Of a DNA stretch of 64,000 bases, positions 39,498 through 52,556 are shown piece after piece. Under the pieces are notes generated by a model. The model made no database searches. It was not told where the DNA came from and saw nothing but the letters and a program-made list of their open reading frames with translations. This DNA comes from Octopus sinensis (lineage: Eukaryota): contig NC_043014.1 of NCBI RefSeq assembly GCF_006345805.1, positions 12,462,001 to 12,526,000 of the forward strand. The letters are read 5' to 3'. A program made the translations under genes and the position numbers. Every line of letters starts with the position of its first letter. Positions within the stretch are counted from its first letter, which is position 1.

Positions 39498-40414
39498 ATG
39501 AAACACCTGAGAATTCCGACGAACACAATGGACCTCCCGGAACAGAATCCAGCGGCCAACATCATACCTCAGATCGACATGGCATTCCAAGCGGCAATTT
39601 CTTTGAAAATTCCACCATTCTGGACCCACGACCCTGCATTATGGTTTTACCATATAGAGGCACAGTTTTCCTCTCACAGAATACTGAGCAATGCGTCTCG
39701 ACTTTCGCATGTTATCGGTTCTCTGTCGCCAGAAATAACAAACGTTGTCCGTGATCTTATCATGGCACCACCCGGTTCTGTGTCGTACGACACTTTTAAA
39801 ACCACGCTGATAAACAGAACCTCCGAATCGCAACAGAAACGACTTCACCAGCTTCTGATATCGGAAGAATTGGGTGACAAAACGCCGTCCCAGCTTCTTT
39901 GTAGAATGAAGCAGCTTCTCGGAGATGAGAGCCTCCCAGAAAAAATTTTCAAGCAGCTTTTTCTCCAGCGTCTGCCCTCCAATACCCAGGTTGTTCTCGC
40001 TTCTACTAGAGAAAATACATCCATTGAAGAACTGGCGGATCTAGCTGACAAAATAGCCGAAGTACCGCACAAATATCCAACGGTATCGACGGTGACGCCA
40101 GCCGTTCCCAGTACCAATCCTTTCCGTGCACAAACCAGTTCTTCCGATTTTTCGGACTTGCGTGCATTAATGACACAGCAAGCTGCTCAAATACAGATCC
40201 TCACAACCCAAATACAGGCCCTAAAGCTTAGTCCCCAGCGTCGAAGCACCAGCCAATCGCGACGAGAGGCAGACGGTCCCGAAGCCCCAGTGCTACCCGC
40301 AATTCACATGACACGTGTTGGTACCACCGGACATTCGGAACACGGGCACAAAAATGTACGGTACCGTGCTCGTTTTCCTCACCCAGTTCGGGAAACGGCA
40401 CAGCCAGGAATTGA
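39498..40414 (+). pseudogene. gag: gag (frameshift near 40262), CHCC zinc knuckle
   Basis: KIPPFWTHDPALWF N-terminus; the shifted frame gives CWYHRTFGTRAQKCTVPC (C-x2-H-x9-C-x3-C), then SGNGTARN*. Confidence 0.85.
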
Positions 40415-43400
40415 ACGCGACGGAAGTTCCTGGTTTGCACCCACACAGTCGCCTGTTTTTCGTTTGCGATCGGGTAACAGGCACGCTTTTCCTGGTTGAC
40501 ACCGTGCGGAAGTCAGCATCATCCCTGTCTCCAACACTTCTGGAAAAAGAAAAGAGACATCAGTCTGTCTTCAGGCAGTCAACCATTCACCCATTCCAAC
40601 CTACGGTGAACAGTCCCTAACATTGAACTTAGGACTACGCCGCACATTTCAGTGGGTATTTGGCGTCGCTAAACTGCCGACCCCTATCTTAGGAGCCGAT
40701 TTCCTGCATCATTTCGGTCTCCTGGTAGACATAAAGAACAGACAACTTGTTGACAGCACCACCAGGCTTACTGTGCGTGGTATAGCCGCTCGTATGGCCA
40801 CAGTATTGCTTACAACAACGACTCGTCACAGTTCCATCCTGAAGGAATATCCGGACGTCGCTCGACCAGTATTCCACAACCAGCCGATCAAACACGACGT
40901 TACCCACCACATCAAAACCAGCGGTCCACCTGTTGCTGCAAGGCCCAGAAGGTTACCATCTGATCGTCTCCAGGCCGTCAAGCGGGAATTCCAGCACATG
41001 CTTGACCTCGGAATCATCCGCCCTTCCAGCAGCAACTGGTCCTCGCCGATACACTGCGTCCCAAAAAAATCATCGACCGATTGGCGGGTTTGCGGCGATT
41101 ATCGATCGCTGAATAAAAGCACTATCAGTGATGCCTATCCGGTGCCTTTTCTTCAAGACTTTTCGAGCTCGCTGCATGGAGCTCAAATCTTTTCCAAAAT
41201 CGACCTTTGTGCGAGCATACAACCAAATCCCAGTGGAACCTGTGGACATCTCGAAGACAGCAGTTACTACGCCTTTCGGAATGTTTGAATTCCTGCGTAT
41301 GCCTTTCGGTTTACGCAATGCAGCACAGACATTCCAAAGGTTTATCGACATAGTGACTAGAGGTTTGCCTTTCGTCTATACCTACATAGACGACATACTC
41401 GTGGCCAGTAACTCGGACGAAGAACGTAACCAACACCATCACCTACTATTCAAACGCCTCCGTCAATTTGGTGTTGTTATCAACCCTACTAAATGTTTGT
41501 TCGGAGTTGCTTCCCTTCATTTTCTTGGGCACATCATCGATAAGAATGGAATTTGTCCCCTTCCCGAGAAAGTCATGGCCATCGTGGATTTTCCACCACC
41601 CACATCTCTCCGCAAATTAAGGGAATATCTCGGTCTAGCGAATTTCTATCGATGGTTCATACCCCACCTCGCTGAGATAGCGCAACCGCTCATGGATTTG
41701 CTACATCAGCGAACTTGCAAAATTGCAGATATAGCTCTGACCGAAGATCAACTCGCTTCTTTTGCTGCCCTGAAAAAAGCGTTATCTAACGCTACCATGT
41801 TGGTTTATCCAAAACCAGACGCCCCACGATGTTTACTCGTTGATGCATCCGATTCCGGAGTTAGAGGTGTACTACAGCAGCTTGTTGACGGTATATGGCA
41901 ACCGTTGTCTTTCTTTTCTAAGCGGTTAAAACCCGCGGAAACCAAATACAGCACATTCAGTCGGAAATTATTAGCGGCATACCTAGCCGTTAAGCATTTC
42001 CGTCACATGCTAGAAGGTACCAATTTTGCCATATACACCGACCACAAGCCATTAGTATATGCATTTAACACCAAGCCGGATCGCCACTCGCTGAGAGAAA
42101 TCCGCCACCTCGACTTCATATCGCAGTACACAACGGATATACGCCACATCAAAGGGACGACCAACTTAGCAGCCGATGCACTTTCACACGCGCAGATCAA
42201 TGCTATCCACACCACGTCTACAATTGATCTGGCACGTATAGCAGCTGACCAGGAGAATGACGAAAAACTTCTAAAGCTCCAGAATTCGTCATCTCTGAAA
42301 TTTCAGCATGTTCCGCTACCATCATCCACAGCCCATATTTGGTGTGATATCTCCACTGGTTACCAACGCCCTTATGTACCACAGAAACATCATCGAGAAG
42401 TTTTCTCCACTCTGCATTCTCTGTCACATCCTGGTATTCGCTCCACTCAAAAGCTGATATCGACCCGTTTTGTGTGGACCAGTATCAACAAGGATATCAG
42501 AGAATGGACCAAGTGCTGTGTTGCGTGCCAAAAAGCGAAAATCCACCGGCACATAAAATCATCAATCGGTTCATTTTCGCAACCCGACGCACGATTTCAG
42601 CACGTTCACATTGATATCGTCGGACCCCTGCCACCTTCGCAGAACTATTCGTATTTGCTTACCTGCGTAGATCATTTTTCGCGATGGCCCGAAGCCTGGC
42701 CCTTATCTGATATATCAGCAGAAACGGTCGCCAAAACGCTGATATCACAATGGGTTTCGCGTTTTGGCACACCCACAACAATCACCACCGACAGAGGACG
42801 TCAGTTCGATTCCCACCTTTTCACCGAGCTGACTCGTCTCCTCGGGTGTAAACACACCCGCACTACGGCTTACCACCCTGCAGCAAATGGCATGGTCGAA
42901 TGCTTTCACCGCCAACTCAAGGCATCTATCAAAGCAGCTCTAGACAGTTCTCACTGGTTGGAACATCTCCCTCTCATCCTCCTTGGAATTCGATCCACGG
43001 TTAAGGAAGAACTGGGATATACTCCGGCTGAACTCGTTTATGGCACAGCACTCACCTTACCTGGGCAGATGATCGAACCTGTTTCACAAGGCTTTCCTGA
43101 CCCACAACAATATGTGCACCGATTACGGACATCCATGTCGCAGTTATCACCTTCAGGCCCCAGACAACAGAACGTCGTTTCACGAGTCCCAAAAGATATC
43201 AACACTTGGACTCATGTTTTCGTGAGGAATGATGGGATACCATCTCAACTTCGCCCACCATATTCCGGGCCCTACAAGGTTATCAAAAGAGAACCCAAGT
43301 ATTTCGTCCTCCATATTGGAGGCAAACGAAATACAGTCTCGATTGATCGTTTAAAAAAAGCTTTCATCGAGGAGGACTTACATTCAGTTCCCTCCTTTCC

Positions 43401-43545
43401 TCGAACAGACTCAACAACTCCAGCAAACACCACAGATTCTGCACAACCCCGACACACCAAATCGGGAAGAACAGTTCGATGGCCAGCAAGGTTTATGCAA
43501 GTTTTTCGGGTAGGTTCCGAACTTTTAACTTGTCCATCTTCCTAA
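40390..43545 (+). pseudogene. pol: pol (PR-RT-RH-IN), frameshifts near 40503 and 41207
   Basis: FLVDT[G][64 protein letters not shown]. Confidence 0.93.
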
Positions 43546-44105
43546 ATGAAATGCATACATCAACACATAACTCACATAACTGCATCACCCACATACAAAC
43601 CCAGAGAAATCAAAGAACATTTATGTGCATAAAAAAAAAAAAAAAACGAAAACAAAAACGTTGTTCCACATCAACGAAAAACTGTCTGTATGAACATTTA
43701 CGGAACATTTCACAATCGAACTTTGCCGATGAACATTTCTTTCATTTTTGCATGTTTTGCATGTTTTGCTTTCTTGTAAATATATTTTTGCTAACTGCAT
43801 ATTCACACACATTTACAAGTCATATTCTCATGTGTGCTATCACTCGATCTTTTTCGCCACTGAAAGACACCTTGCCTCTATTAGACCTCTAGTGGGTCAA
43901 GTAATCAATAGACGCACATCTCTTTCAACGTGCCAACATATTTCTGCCTGGGCACAAATACATATTGCCCACCATATAGCACACACAAACAGTAAACCTT
44001 TGCTTCATAATTTTATTGTTCATTTGTCTGTTACGATGTGTAAATTTTTTCTGCATACACACAAAAAATAACATTTCCAATATCGTTCGATCTCTGTGGC
44101 TTTCT

Positions 44106-44627
44106 CACTTTCTTCTCTAAGCCTAGATTCAAAATCGAATCCAAGAATTATCGGTCGTCAAATACCAATGCATGTATAGGCGCGAAATTTAAAGATCCTT
44201 TGTTCTGTCAAAAAGTGATTGATCATCTCCCTTTGACCTGCGACCTCAGCCATGTCAAGCCAAGTTCAACTGGACAAGCGCTGACCTACTCAAGTGGTGG
44301 CTCTGTTGCAGTATGTCTATCTTTCTAGCTGTTTGAAATATAAATACAAGGGAAAAACAGAGAAAGAAACACAATCGGAGCTGACACACCAGCAGACACC
44401 CCGCGTTTTGGAGACGACAGAGAAAATGCCTACAGGCTACTGTTTCGAATGATTCACGCACACACCCACACACACAAACATATTCATCTTTATTATGTGC
44501 TCTGTACAAGCAATGCGTAGCATTTGCTTACAATTGTATGTAGTGTATTTATAATCCATGTAAATAAATCCCTTTTTAATCATGAAACAACTTATGCATT
44601 TATTAATACACACACATATCCACTACA
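44106..44627 (+). repeat. 3' LTR (first ~12 nt missing)
   Basis: About 16 substitutions and one 3-bp indel versus the 5' LTR by eye (~3%). Confidence 0.92.
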
Positions 44628-44954
44628 CATGCATGGAAGACAAATGTTAAATGATAATGATAATGATGACGATAAATATGGCCGTTGCCACGTAAAAAGC
44701 ACCATCCAATTGTGGCCGTTTACCAGCCTCGTCTGGCACCTGTGCAGGTGGCACATAAAAAGCACCCACTACACTCATGGAGTGGTTGGCGTTAGGAAGG
44801 AAATCCAGCTGTAGAAACACTGCCAGATCAGACTGGGCCTGGCACAGCCTTCTGGCTTCCCAGACCCAGTTGAACCGTCCAACCCATGCTAGCATGGAAA
44901 ACGGACGTTAAACGATAATGATGATGATAAATAATAACCTATGGATATACATAC

Positions 44955-45054
44955 ACTCAATTTGATTCCATCGTTGACACACTGTAACTCCAACTCAAGG
45001 AATTCCTTGGTTTCATCGTGATCAGGGACAGAGAGGCGAGGTTTTTTAGTTGGG
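44955..45054 (-). CDS. CENPE: CENP-E exon
   Basis: ctttacag|(S)PTKKPRLSVPDHDETKEFLELELQCVNDGIKLS|gtatgt; 100 nt, bridges phase 2 to the phase 0 needed by the giant exon. Confidence 0.72.
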
Positions 45055-46477
45055 CTGTAAAGAAAGTTTATAAAACCAATTTTCAATGCAGTTTCACTAC
45101 CACATACATCAAATACACCATTCTTCTAAAGAAGATGATAATATCTGCTTCATAATTTTCATAGTTCATGCATGCAAAGGAGAAGCAAGTACTGGCAATC
45201 CCACTGTATGGCACCTGGGACAAGTGTCTTCTGCTGTAGTCCTGGGACAACCACACACATACACACACACACACACAATGGGGTTCTTTTTGTTTCCGTC
45301 AATCAAATCCACTCACTGGTGGAGCGCTAAGAGCACCATCCAAGCGTGATCGTTGCCAGAGCAGCTGACTGGCTTCCATGCTGGTGGCACGTAAAAACCA
45401 CCATTCGAGCGTGATCATTACCAGCATCACCTTACTGGCACTTGTGCTGGTGGCACGTGAAAAATAACATTCGAGCGAGGTTGTTGCCAGTGCCGCTGGA
45501 CTGGATCCTGTTCAGGTGGCACGAAAAGCACAATTTGAGCATGGCCGTTGCCAGTACCGCCTGACTGGCCCTCATGCTGGTGGCACGTAAAAGCAGCCAC
45601 TACACTCTCGGAGTGGTTGGCGTTAGGAAGGGCATCCAGCTGTAGAAACTCTCCTAGATCAAGATTGGAGCTTGGTGCAGCCATCTGGCTCACCGGTCCT
45701 CAGTCAAATCATCCAACCCATGCCAGCATGGAAAGCGAACGTTAAACGATTATGATGATGAGCTGGCAGAAACGTTAGCACACCGGGCGAAATGCTTAGT
45801 GGTATTTCGTCTGCCGTTACGTTCTGAGTTCAAATTTCGCCGAGGTCAACTTTGCCTTTCATCCTTTCGGGGTCGATAAATGAAGTACCAGTTACACACT
45901 GGGGTCGATGTAATCGACTTAATCTGTTTGTCTGTCCTTGTTTTTCCCCCTCTGTGTTTAGCCCCTTGTGGGTAGTAAAGAAACAGATTATGATGATGAT
46001 GATGATGAAGGCTTTGGTCAGCCTGAGGCTTCAGAAGAAGACACTTGCCCAAAGTGCTACACGATGGGATTGAACCTGAAACCATGTAGCTGGGAAGCAA
46101 GCTTCTTACTACACAGCCATGCCTGCACCTAGATGTTGGATATCAATTAAAACAAAGAGTCAATACATACACACAAGAGCCTGTACACACCCACTCACAC
46201 ACACATTAAAAATATAGTCGAGAAAAGGTTAACCCTTTAGTGTTCAGATTACTCTGTTAAATGTAATATTTTTTTACTCAAATTGTTTTTAATTAATCCT
46301 GCATTATCTCATAGCTTTTGAGGTTTCAGTGATGTGATTGTTTATTTTTAGAATGTCAATGTAGGTTAGGTGTGAGAGGCTGGATATCACCAGTTTGAAT
46401 ATAAAACATGTAGAATATTTGGGCCGGATATGGCCGGTTTAAACACTAAAGGGTTAAAATAGATTTGGAAGTCTTAC

Positions 46478-46563
46478 CTGGGCATATGAGACTCATTTTC
46501 TTTCATTGTTAACATATTCTTTAACATTTCATTTTCAAACCTCAGGAAATGTTCATTTTCATT
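46478..46563 (-). CDS. CENPE: CENP-E exon
   Basis: ttttccag|NENEHFLRFENEMLKNMLTMKENESHMP|gtaaga; 86 nt, phase 0 in, phase 2 out; the other two frames are closed. Confidence 0.72.
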
Positions 46564-47232
46564 CTGGAAAAAATCAAAAACAATGCATTTCACAATACTG
46601 AGACAGGAATAAACAATTTGACCGTTTTGTGACCAACCTGCCTGAAAACACTCCTGGTTCTATGATGAAAGTTTCTTCATTTGAAATGATCTTAATTAAA
46701 AGCTCCCATCAAAATTTTGTGCTAATTTATGCTGCAGGCATCAGATTGATAATCAGAAAATTATTTTACTAATTTACTCTTTTACTTGTTTTCAGTCATT
46801 TGACTGTGGCCATGCTGGAGCACCGCCTTTTTAGTCGAGCAAATTGACCCCAGGAGTTATTCTTTGTAAGCCTAGTACTTATTCTATCGGTTTCTTTTGC
46901 CGAACTGCTAAGTTACGGGGGACGTAAACACATCAGCATCGGTTGTCAAGCAATGTTGGGGAGGGACAAACACACACATATATACGACAGGTTTCTTTCC
47001 GTTTCCGTCTACCAAATCCACTCACAAGGTTTTGGTCGGCCCGAGGTGCCATGCAGTGGGACTGAACCATGTGGTTGGTAAACAAGTTACTTACCACACA
47101 GCCACTCCTACACCTAAATTCTTCATTATTTCCAAAATTAATTGAAACAAAGGCAGAATATTTTAACAGAAATATGGTAACAAAAGGGATTAAGTGACCT
47201 GAATTAAAACCTTCCATCAAAATTTCATGTTA

Positions 47233-48192
47233 CTGTAAAAACCCATGTAATTTGCGCACTTGTGTAATTTACACAGGTGATTTTCAGGATAAAATTTCTT
47301 AAAAAAAGCTTCTACTCATGTAAAATTCGCACCCAAAAGTTTTCAGAATTGCTGATATGGCCAGAGGGAAAAGGTTTTCACTTTAGATGTATTTAGCATA
47401 ATTTCACTTATTTATGATTAGATTTTGTTAAATTCTCATAAAACAAAATTTCTGTTTAACAGGTCTCACATTGAAAGCTATTGAACTACAAAGTGTTTGT
47501 GTTGTTTATAATAAACTTTATTTTACATTTCTTTCCCACAAGAGATTATGTCCGATCTTTAGCATACTGCTGTATGTCTTCTCAAATCACGATCACAGGA
47601 AAAGTTATTGATAAGAATTATCAACAAAAACAAAGCTGATAAATATGCACAGGTGTTGCAAATTAAGCTTAATTACCAATAAACATTAATGGTTTTAGTA
47701 AATTTATACAGAAAATGTAAGCATTATACCATCCAGCATAAATAAAGTCAACTTCATCATATTTAACCCTTTAGCATTTAAACCGGCCATATCCGGCCAA
47801 AAATATTCTACCTGTTTTATGTTCAAACTAGCCCTATCTGGTCTTTCACACCAACCCTACAATATCATCTTAAAAATTAACAGCTACCTTATCAAAATCT
47901 CATAGCTACAAGATAATGCTTGGTTAGTTCAAAACAATGTGGATAAAAAGCATTAGTTTTGGCAGAATAATGCAAACACTAAAGGGTTAAGCCCTTATTT
48001 TTTCTGTAAAACCTATTCTGACATTAAATGAGTCAACTTCCAGTATGAATGCTTGTCTTGTATGTCTTTCTTCAACAGATAAAATATTTCTAAAAAAATT
48101 CTGGAAATCATCTACTTATGTAATTTACACACTTTGAAAGTTTATTTTTATTTTTGGGGAAAAAAATGCGTAAATTACATGGGCTCTTACAG
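47233..48192. mobile_element. TA-flanked non-autonomous DNA transposon with a nested TTAA MITE (47763-47990)
   Basis: TA|CTGTAAAAACCCATGTAATT...AATTACATGGGCTCTTACAG|TA; flanks rejoin into another MITE. Confidence 0.75.
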
Positions 48193-48967
48193 TAATTTAT
48201 GTTCCAAACACCAGATTAATAACGAGAAAGTTATTTTACTTTCTTCATTATTTCCAAAATTAATTGAAACCGGTGGCACGTTAAAAGCACCAACCGATCG
48301 TGGCCGATGCCAGACCCCCCTGGCCCCTGTGCAGGTGGCACGTAAAAAGCACCCACTACACTCGCGGAGTGGTTGGTGTTAGGAAGGGCATCCAGCTGTA
48401 GAAACACTGCCAGATCAGACTGGAGCCTGGTGCAGCCCTGGCTTCCCAGACCCCGGTCGAACCGTCCAACCCGTGCTAGCGCAGAAAACGGACGTTAAAC
48501 GATGATGATGAAAGGCAGTGTAATTCAAAAGAAATATGGCAGCAAAAAGTTAAACAAGAGCATCAAGGTAAGGAGAGAGAGAATAAAAAGCACCTGGTGC
48601 CACAAAAAGGCACCTAGTACACTCTGTAAGATGGTTGGCATTAAGAAGGACATCCAGCTGTAGAAACTGAGCCAAAAGAGATAATAGAACTTGGTGCAGC
48701 CCTCTGGCTTGCCAACTCCTATCAAACCATTCAACTCATGCCAGCATGGAAAATAGACATTAAATGATGATGAACTCTATTTGGGAAATAGTTGAAAGAA
48801 ACTAAGATGAACAATTTTTTTTTTTTAGAGAAACAAAACTAAACAATAAAAGAAATAAAGATGCCACAGTCAAGGGCCAACAAGGATTCATCCTGAATCA
48901 TATTATTATTATTGTTTTTAAATTCCTTATGCATTAAAGAGGATATGTTTTCTTCCAAATAAATTTC

Positions 48968-49167
48968 ATTTTTTTGTTTAAGCTCCGACAATACTTTGCT
49001 AAGCGCTAAACATTCTTGTGATTTCTCAAACAATTCCTCTTCCAGTTCTTTTACTGTCTTGTTCAGCTCTATATTTCTTCCTTCAAGCTCAGAGAATTCT
49101 CTGGAATGCACTAAACATTCTTGTGATTTAGCAGATAACTTTTCTTCAATTTCTTTTAATCTTTCAT
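48968..49167 (-). repeat. Ectopic 200-bp copy of CENP-E exon segment 33308-33507
   Basis: Direct comparison: 198/200 identical, same orientation, offset 15660. Confidence 0.95.
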
Positions 49168-50330
49168 GAAAAAAACAAATAGAGTCTCTGTGTGTCACTC
49201 AACCTGCAAGAAACAGCAGCCAGATCTCCCTGATCATCTTAATGAAAGGAAATGACATATTAACATAGCTTTATATATCCCCCTATAAAAGATGGGACGA
49301 CCACAATAGGAACGCCTGTTCATCATATAACTGCTTGATCTGGATTGACTTGGGGTTAAAAATAATAACAATTTGAAGAAAGAATAAAAGCCAAGAAAAA
49401 AAACGTTCACTATTATCTTTCATCATTTACTACAGTACTTGGACTGAGGTCATATTGGGACACTGCCTTGAGGGGTTTCAGTAGGACAAATTGACCCCAG
49501 GACTTCTGTTTTTATTTTTAAGTTTGCTACATGCTCTGTTGGCCCGTTTTGCCAAACTGTGAAGTTAGAAAGGTGCCAACTTTTTTGGACTGCAGCCCCC
49601 TTGACACCCAGGCCACATTCCTAGTGACCCCACCCCAGCTAACTATCACAAACATAGACCTCTTTCTGAAGCAAATTCAAAGCAACTGTATTTCACAAAT
49701 AAACTTAACCTAACGAACCCGTAATTTTGTTGTTTGCACATGAATCACTACCCCATTATCGCCCTGCTTTCCTTCAATGCCCCCTTGGAATTTTCCACTG
49801 TCCCCAGGGGAGTAATAGCACCCACTTTGGGAACCACTGATGTAAACCAACCAATGCCAATTGTCAAGGGTGACAAAAAGTCAAAAAAACATTGTGTTTG
49901 TGTGTGTGTGTGTGTGTGTGTATTTAACCCTTTAGTGTTCAGATTACTGTTAAATGTAATATTTTTTCACTCAAATTGTTTTTAATTAATCCTGCATTAT
50001 TTTATAGCTTTTGAGGTTTCAATGATATGAATATTTATTTTTAGAATGTCAATGTAGGTTAGGTGTGAGAAGCTACATATCACCAGTTTGAATATAAAGC
50101 ATAGAATATTTGGGCCGGATATGGCCGGTTTAAACACTAAAGGGTTAAGTGTGTCTGCTATTTTCAAGATTCTCGTTTGATGGTCTTACTTGTGCCAAGT
50201 ACTGACATGTCAAAGAATACAAACAAAAATACAAGATAAAAACAAGAAAAACAAAAAAAAAATGGCTAAAAGAAGAGAAGGAATGCAAAAAACATAACAA
50301 CAAAGTAGAAAACTAAAAGATCAAACCTAC

Positions 50331-50491
50331 TTTACATTCTGTTTGGACAGAACAGCTGACATAGTTAACTAGAGGTTTGCCATTGGAAATACGCTTCAAG
50401 TTATTACTGGTATCAGTAGTTTTGCTCTCATCATCAGACAGTGAGGTTTCGGCAATGCTGTCAAGAAATCTCGCAGGAGTTCTACAAGCAT
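50331..50491 (-). CDS. CENPE: CENP-E exon (linker)
   Basis: ttcacag|(D)ACRTPARFLDSIAETSLSDDESK...VSCSVQTECK|gtaggt; phase 1 in, phase 0 out. Confidence 0.75.
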
Positions 50492-50644
50492 CTGTGAAGG
50501 AAAAGGAACAGAGATTAGATTTAAGAGCTTTGTCTAGACTGGTGCTCTGCAACTGGTATGCCGCGAGACAGTACTAGTTGTGCCACAGTGTAACCCGATT
50601 ATAATTTCTACCCTTATACTTTTAGTTATATTTTTAGTTCAGGT

Positions 50645-51025
50645 GGAGGCGCAATGGCCCAGTGGTTAGGGCAGCGGACTCGCGGTCATAGGATCGCGGT
50701 TTCGATTCCCAGACCGGGCGTTGTGAGTGTTTATTGAGCGAAAACACCTAAAGCTCCATGAGGCTCCGGCAGGGGATGGTGGTGATCCCTGCTGTACTCT
50801 TTCACCACAACTTTCTCTCACTCTTACTTTCTGTTTCTGTTGTACCTGTATTTCAAAGGACCGGCCTTGTCACTCTCTGTGTCACGCTGAATATGCCCGA
50901 GAACTACGTTAAGGGTACACGTGTCTGTGGAGTGCTCAGCCACTTACACGTTAATTTCACGAGCAGACTGTTCCGTTGATTCGGATCAACCGGAACCCTC
51001 GTCGTCGTAACCGACGGAGTGCTTC
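50645..51025 (+). mobile_element. tRNA-derived SINE (OR-like), full length
   Basis: A box tggcccagtgg, B box ggtttcgattcc; flanking agttcag(g/a)tg duplication. Confidence 0.8.
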
Positions 51026-51994
51026 CCAGTTCAGATGTGCCGCTCAAGTTTGAAAAGAATAAAAGTATACCACAGGTGAAAAAAAGGTTGTGGAACACAG
51101 GTCTAGACATCAAAAGGTTATGTTTTACTTCCAGTGGAGTTGCCTGAATGAAACATAGCCAAGTTCCAGAGTAGGAGGGACAGCAACTATGGCTCTTTGC
51201 AGTGCTTTTGATACAATTGCAATGGGATGGGTAGGAAACGACATTGATTCGTAGTCTGCTGCAATAAGATTCAGTTTCATTAAGATATCCTATCTGTCGG
51301 GTCTGAATACATGACACAGGGTAGATTCCATAAAAAAGCATCCAAAGACTTGGAGATGGTTGTGTTAATCCTTTAGCATCCAGATTACTCTGTCAAATGT
51401 AATACTTACTTCAGTCACAATGTTTTGAATTAATTATGCATCATCTAATATACTCTCTCTTTTACTCTTTTACTTGTGTCAGTCATTTGACTGCGGCCAT
51501 GCTGGAGCACCGCCTTTTAGTCGAGCAAATCGATCCCAGGACTTATTCTTTGTAAGCCTAGTACTTATTCTATCGGTCTCTTTTGCCAAACCGCTAAGTA
51601 ACAGGGACGTAAACACACCAGCATCGGTTGTCAAGCGATGTTGGGGGTACAAACACAGACACACAAATATATACACACATACATATATACGACAGGCTTC
51701 TTCCAGTTTCCGTCTACCAAATCCACTCACAAGGCTTTGGTCGGCCCGTGCCTATAGCAGAAGACACTTGCCCAAGATGCCACGCAGTGGAATTGAACCC
51801 GGAACCATGTGGTTAGTTAGCAAGCTACTTACCACACAGCCACTCCTGCGCCTATTACTGCTTTTACTTATATAACAATTAATTACTATAAGATTGTATC
51901 AATTTTTCTTTGTGTTTTCCAAGTTTTAGATGTAACATCCGCTTCAGCTTTACACAACCATTACATTTTAAAATGTAGGGAAAAAATTTAAAAC

Positions 51995-52064
51995 CTGTTA
52001 TTGGTGCTTCAATTTTCCTCTTCAAAAGTCCTGGACACCATGTCTTCCTCCGAATGATTCTTTG
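51995..52064 (-). CDS. CENPE: CENP-E exon with RRKTWCPG motif
   Basis: ctttcag|QRIIRRKTWCPGLLKRKIEAPIT|gtttta; corresponds to the kinesin-7 RRxTW motif (human T422 region); 70 nt, ends phase 1. Confidence 0.88.
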
Positions 52065-52556
52065 CTGAAAGGACAAAAAAAGAATTCTTTTACTAACAAA
52101 ATAAAATACTAAAACAGCATTTATTTCAATGGATTTCTAATACTAAAGAAGGAAACCAATGATGGCCTGCATTGGTAGCAGTTACTTAATAAGGCTCACA
52201 AAATTGAATAATTTTATGTGAGGGTACAATTACAGCAGTGGTTCTCAATCAGGATCCATATGGCTCCTGAAGGTCCATGCAACAAAGTAGTAAATTGGGG
52301 ACCCACAATAGTATTTTAAGGGCCTCTGAAAAATGTTGCTTTAGCTATATGTATTGATATACATTGCAAGAAACAGCTAGGTTTCTTTCTCCAGCATTTT
52401 ACATAGTTTGACCTACACAAGTTAATGTGTGAAAAACAAAATAGGAATTTTGAAAGAAGTTTCCATAAAACTAGTTTTTAAACATTGAATGGCTATGGGG
52501 GTCCACCAGACTAAAATAGTAATCAAAAGGGGTCCATAGATAAAAATGATTGAGAA

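Larger units (their letters stand above)
38872..44627 (+). mobile_element. Ty3/Gypsy LTR retrotransposon, CsRN1-like, near full length
   Basis: TGTA...TACA ends; CATG target duplication (38868-38871, 44628-44631); two LTRs; gag, PR, RT (YIDD), RNase H, integrase in Gypsy order; splits a (GAT)n-tailed repeat. Confidence 0.96.

Noticed and set aside
50645-50720. tRNA gene
   Set aside because: tRNA-like head of a SINE with body and flanking duplication
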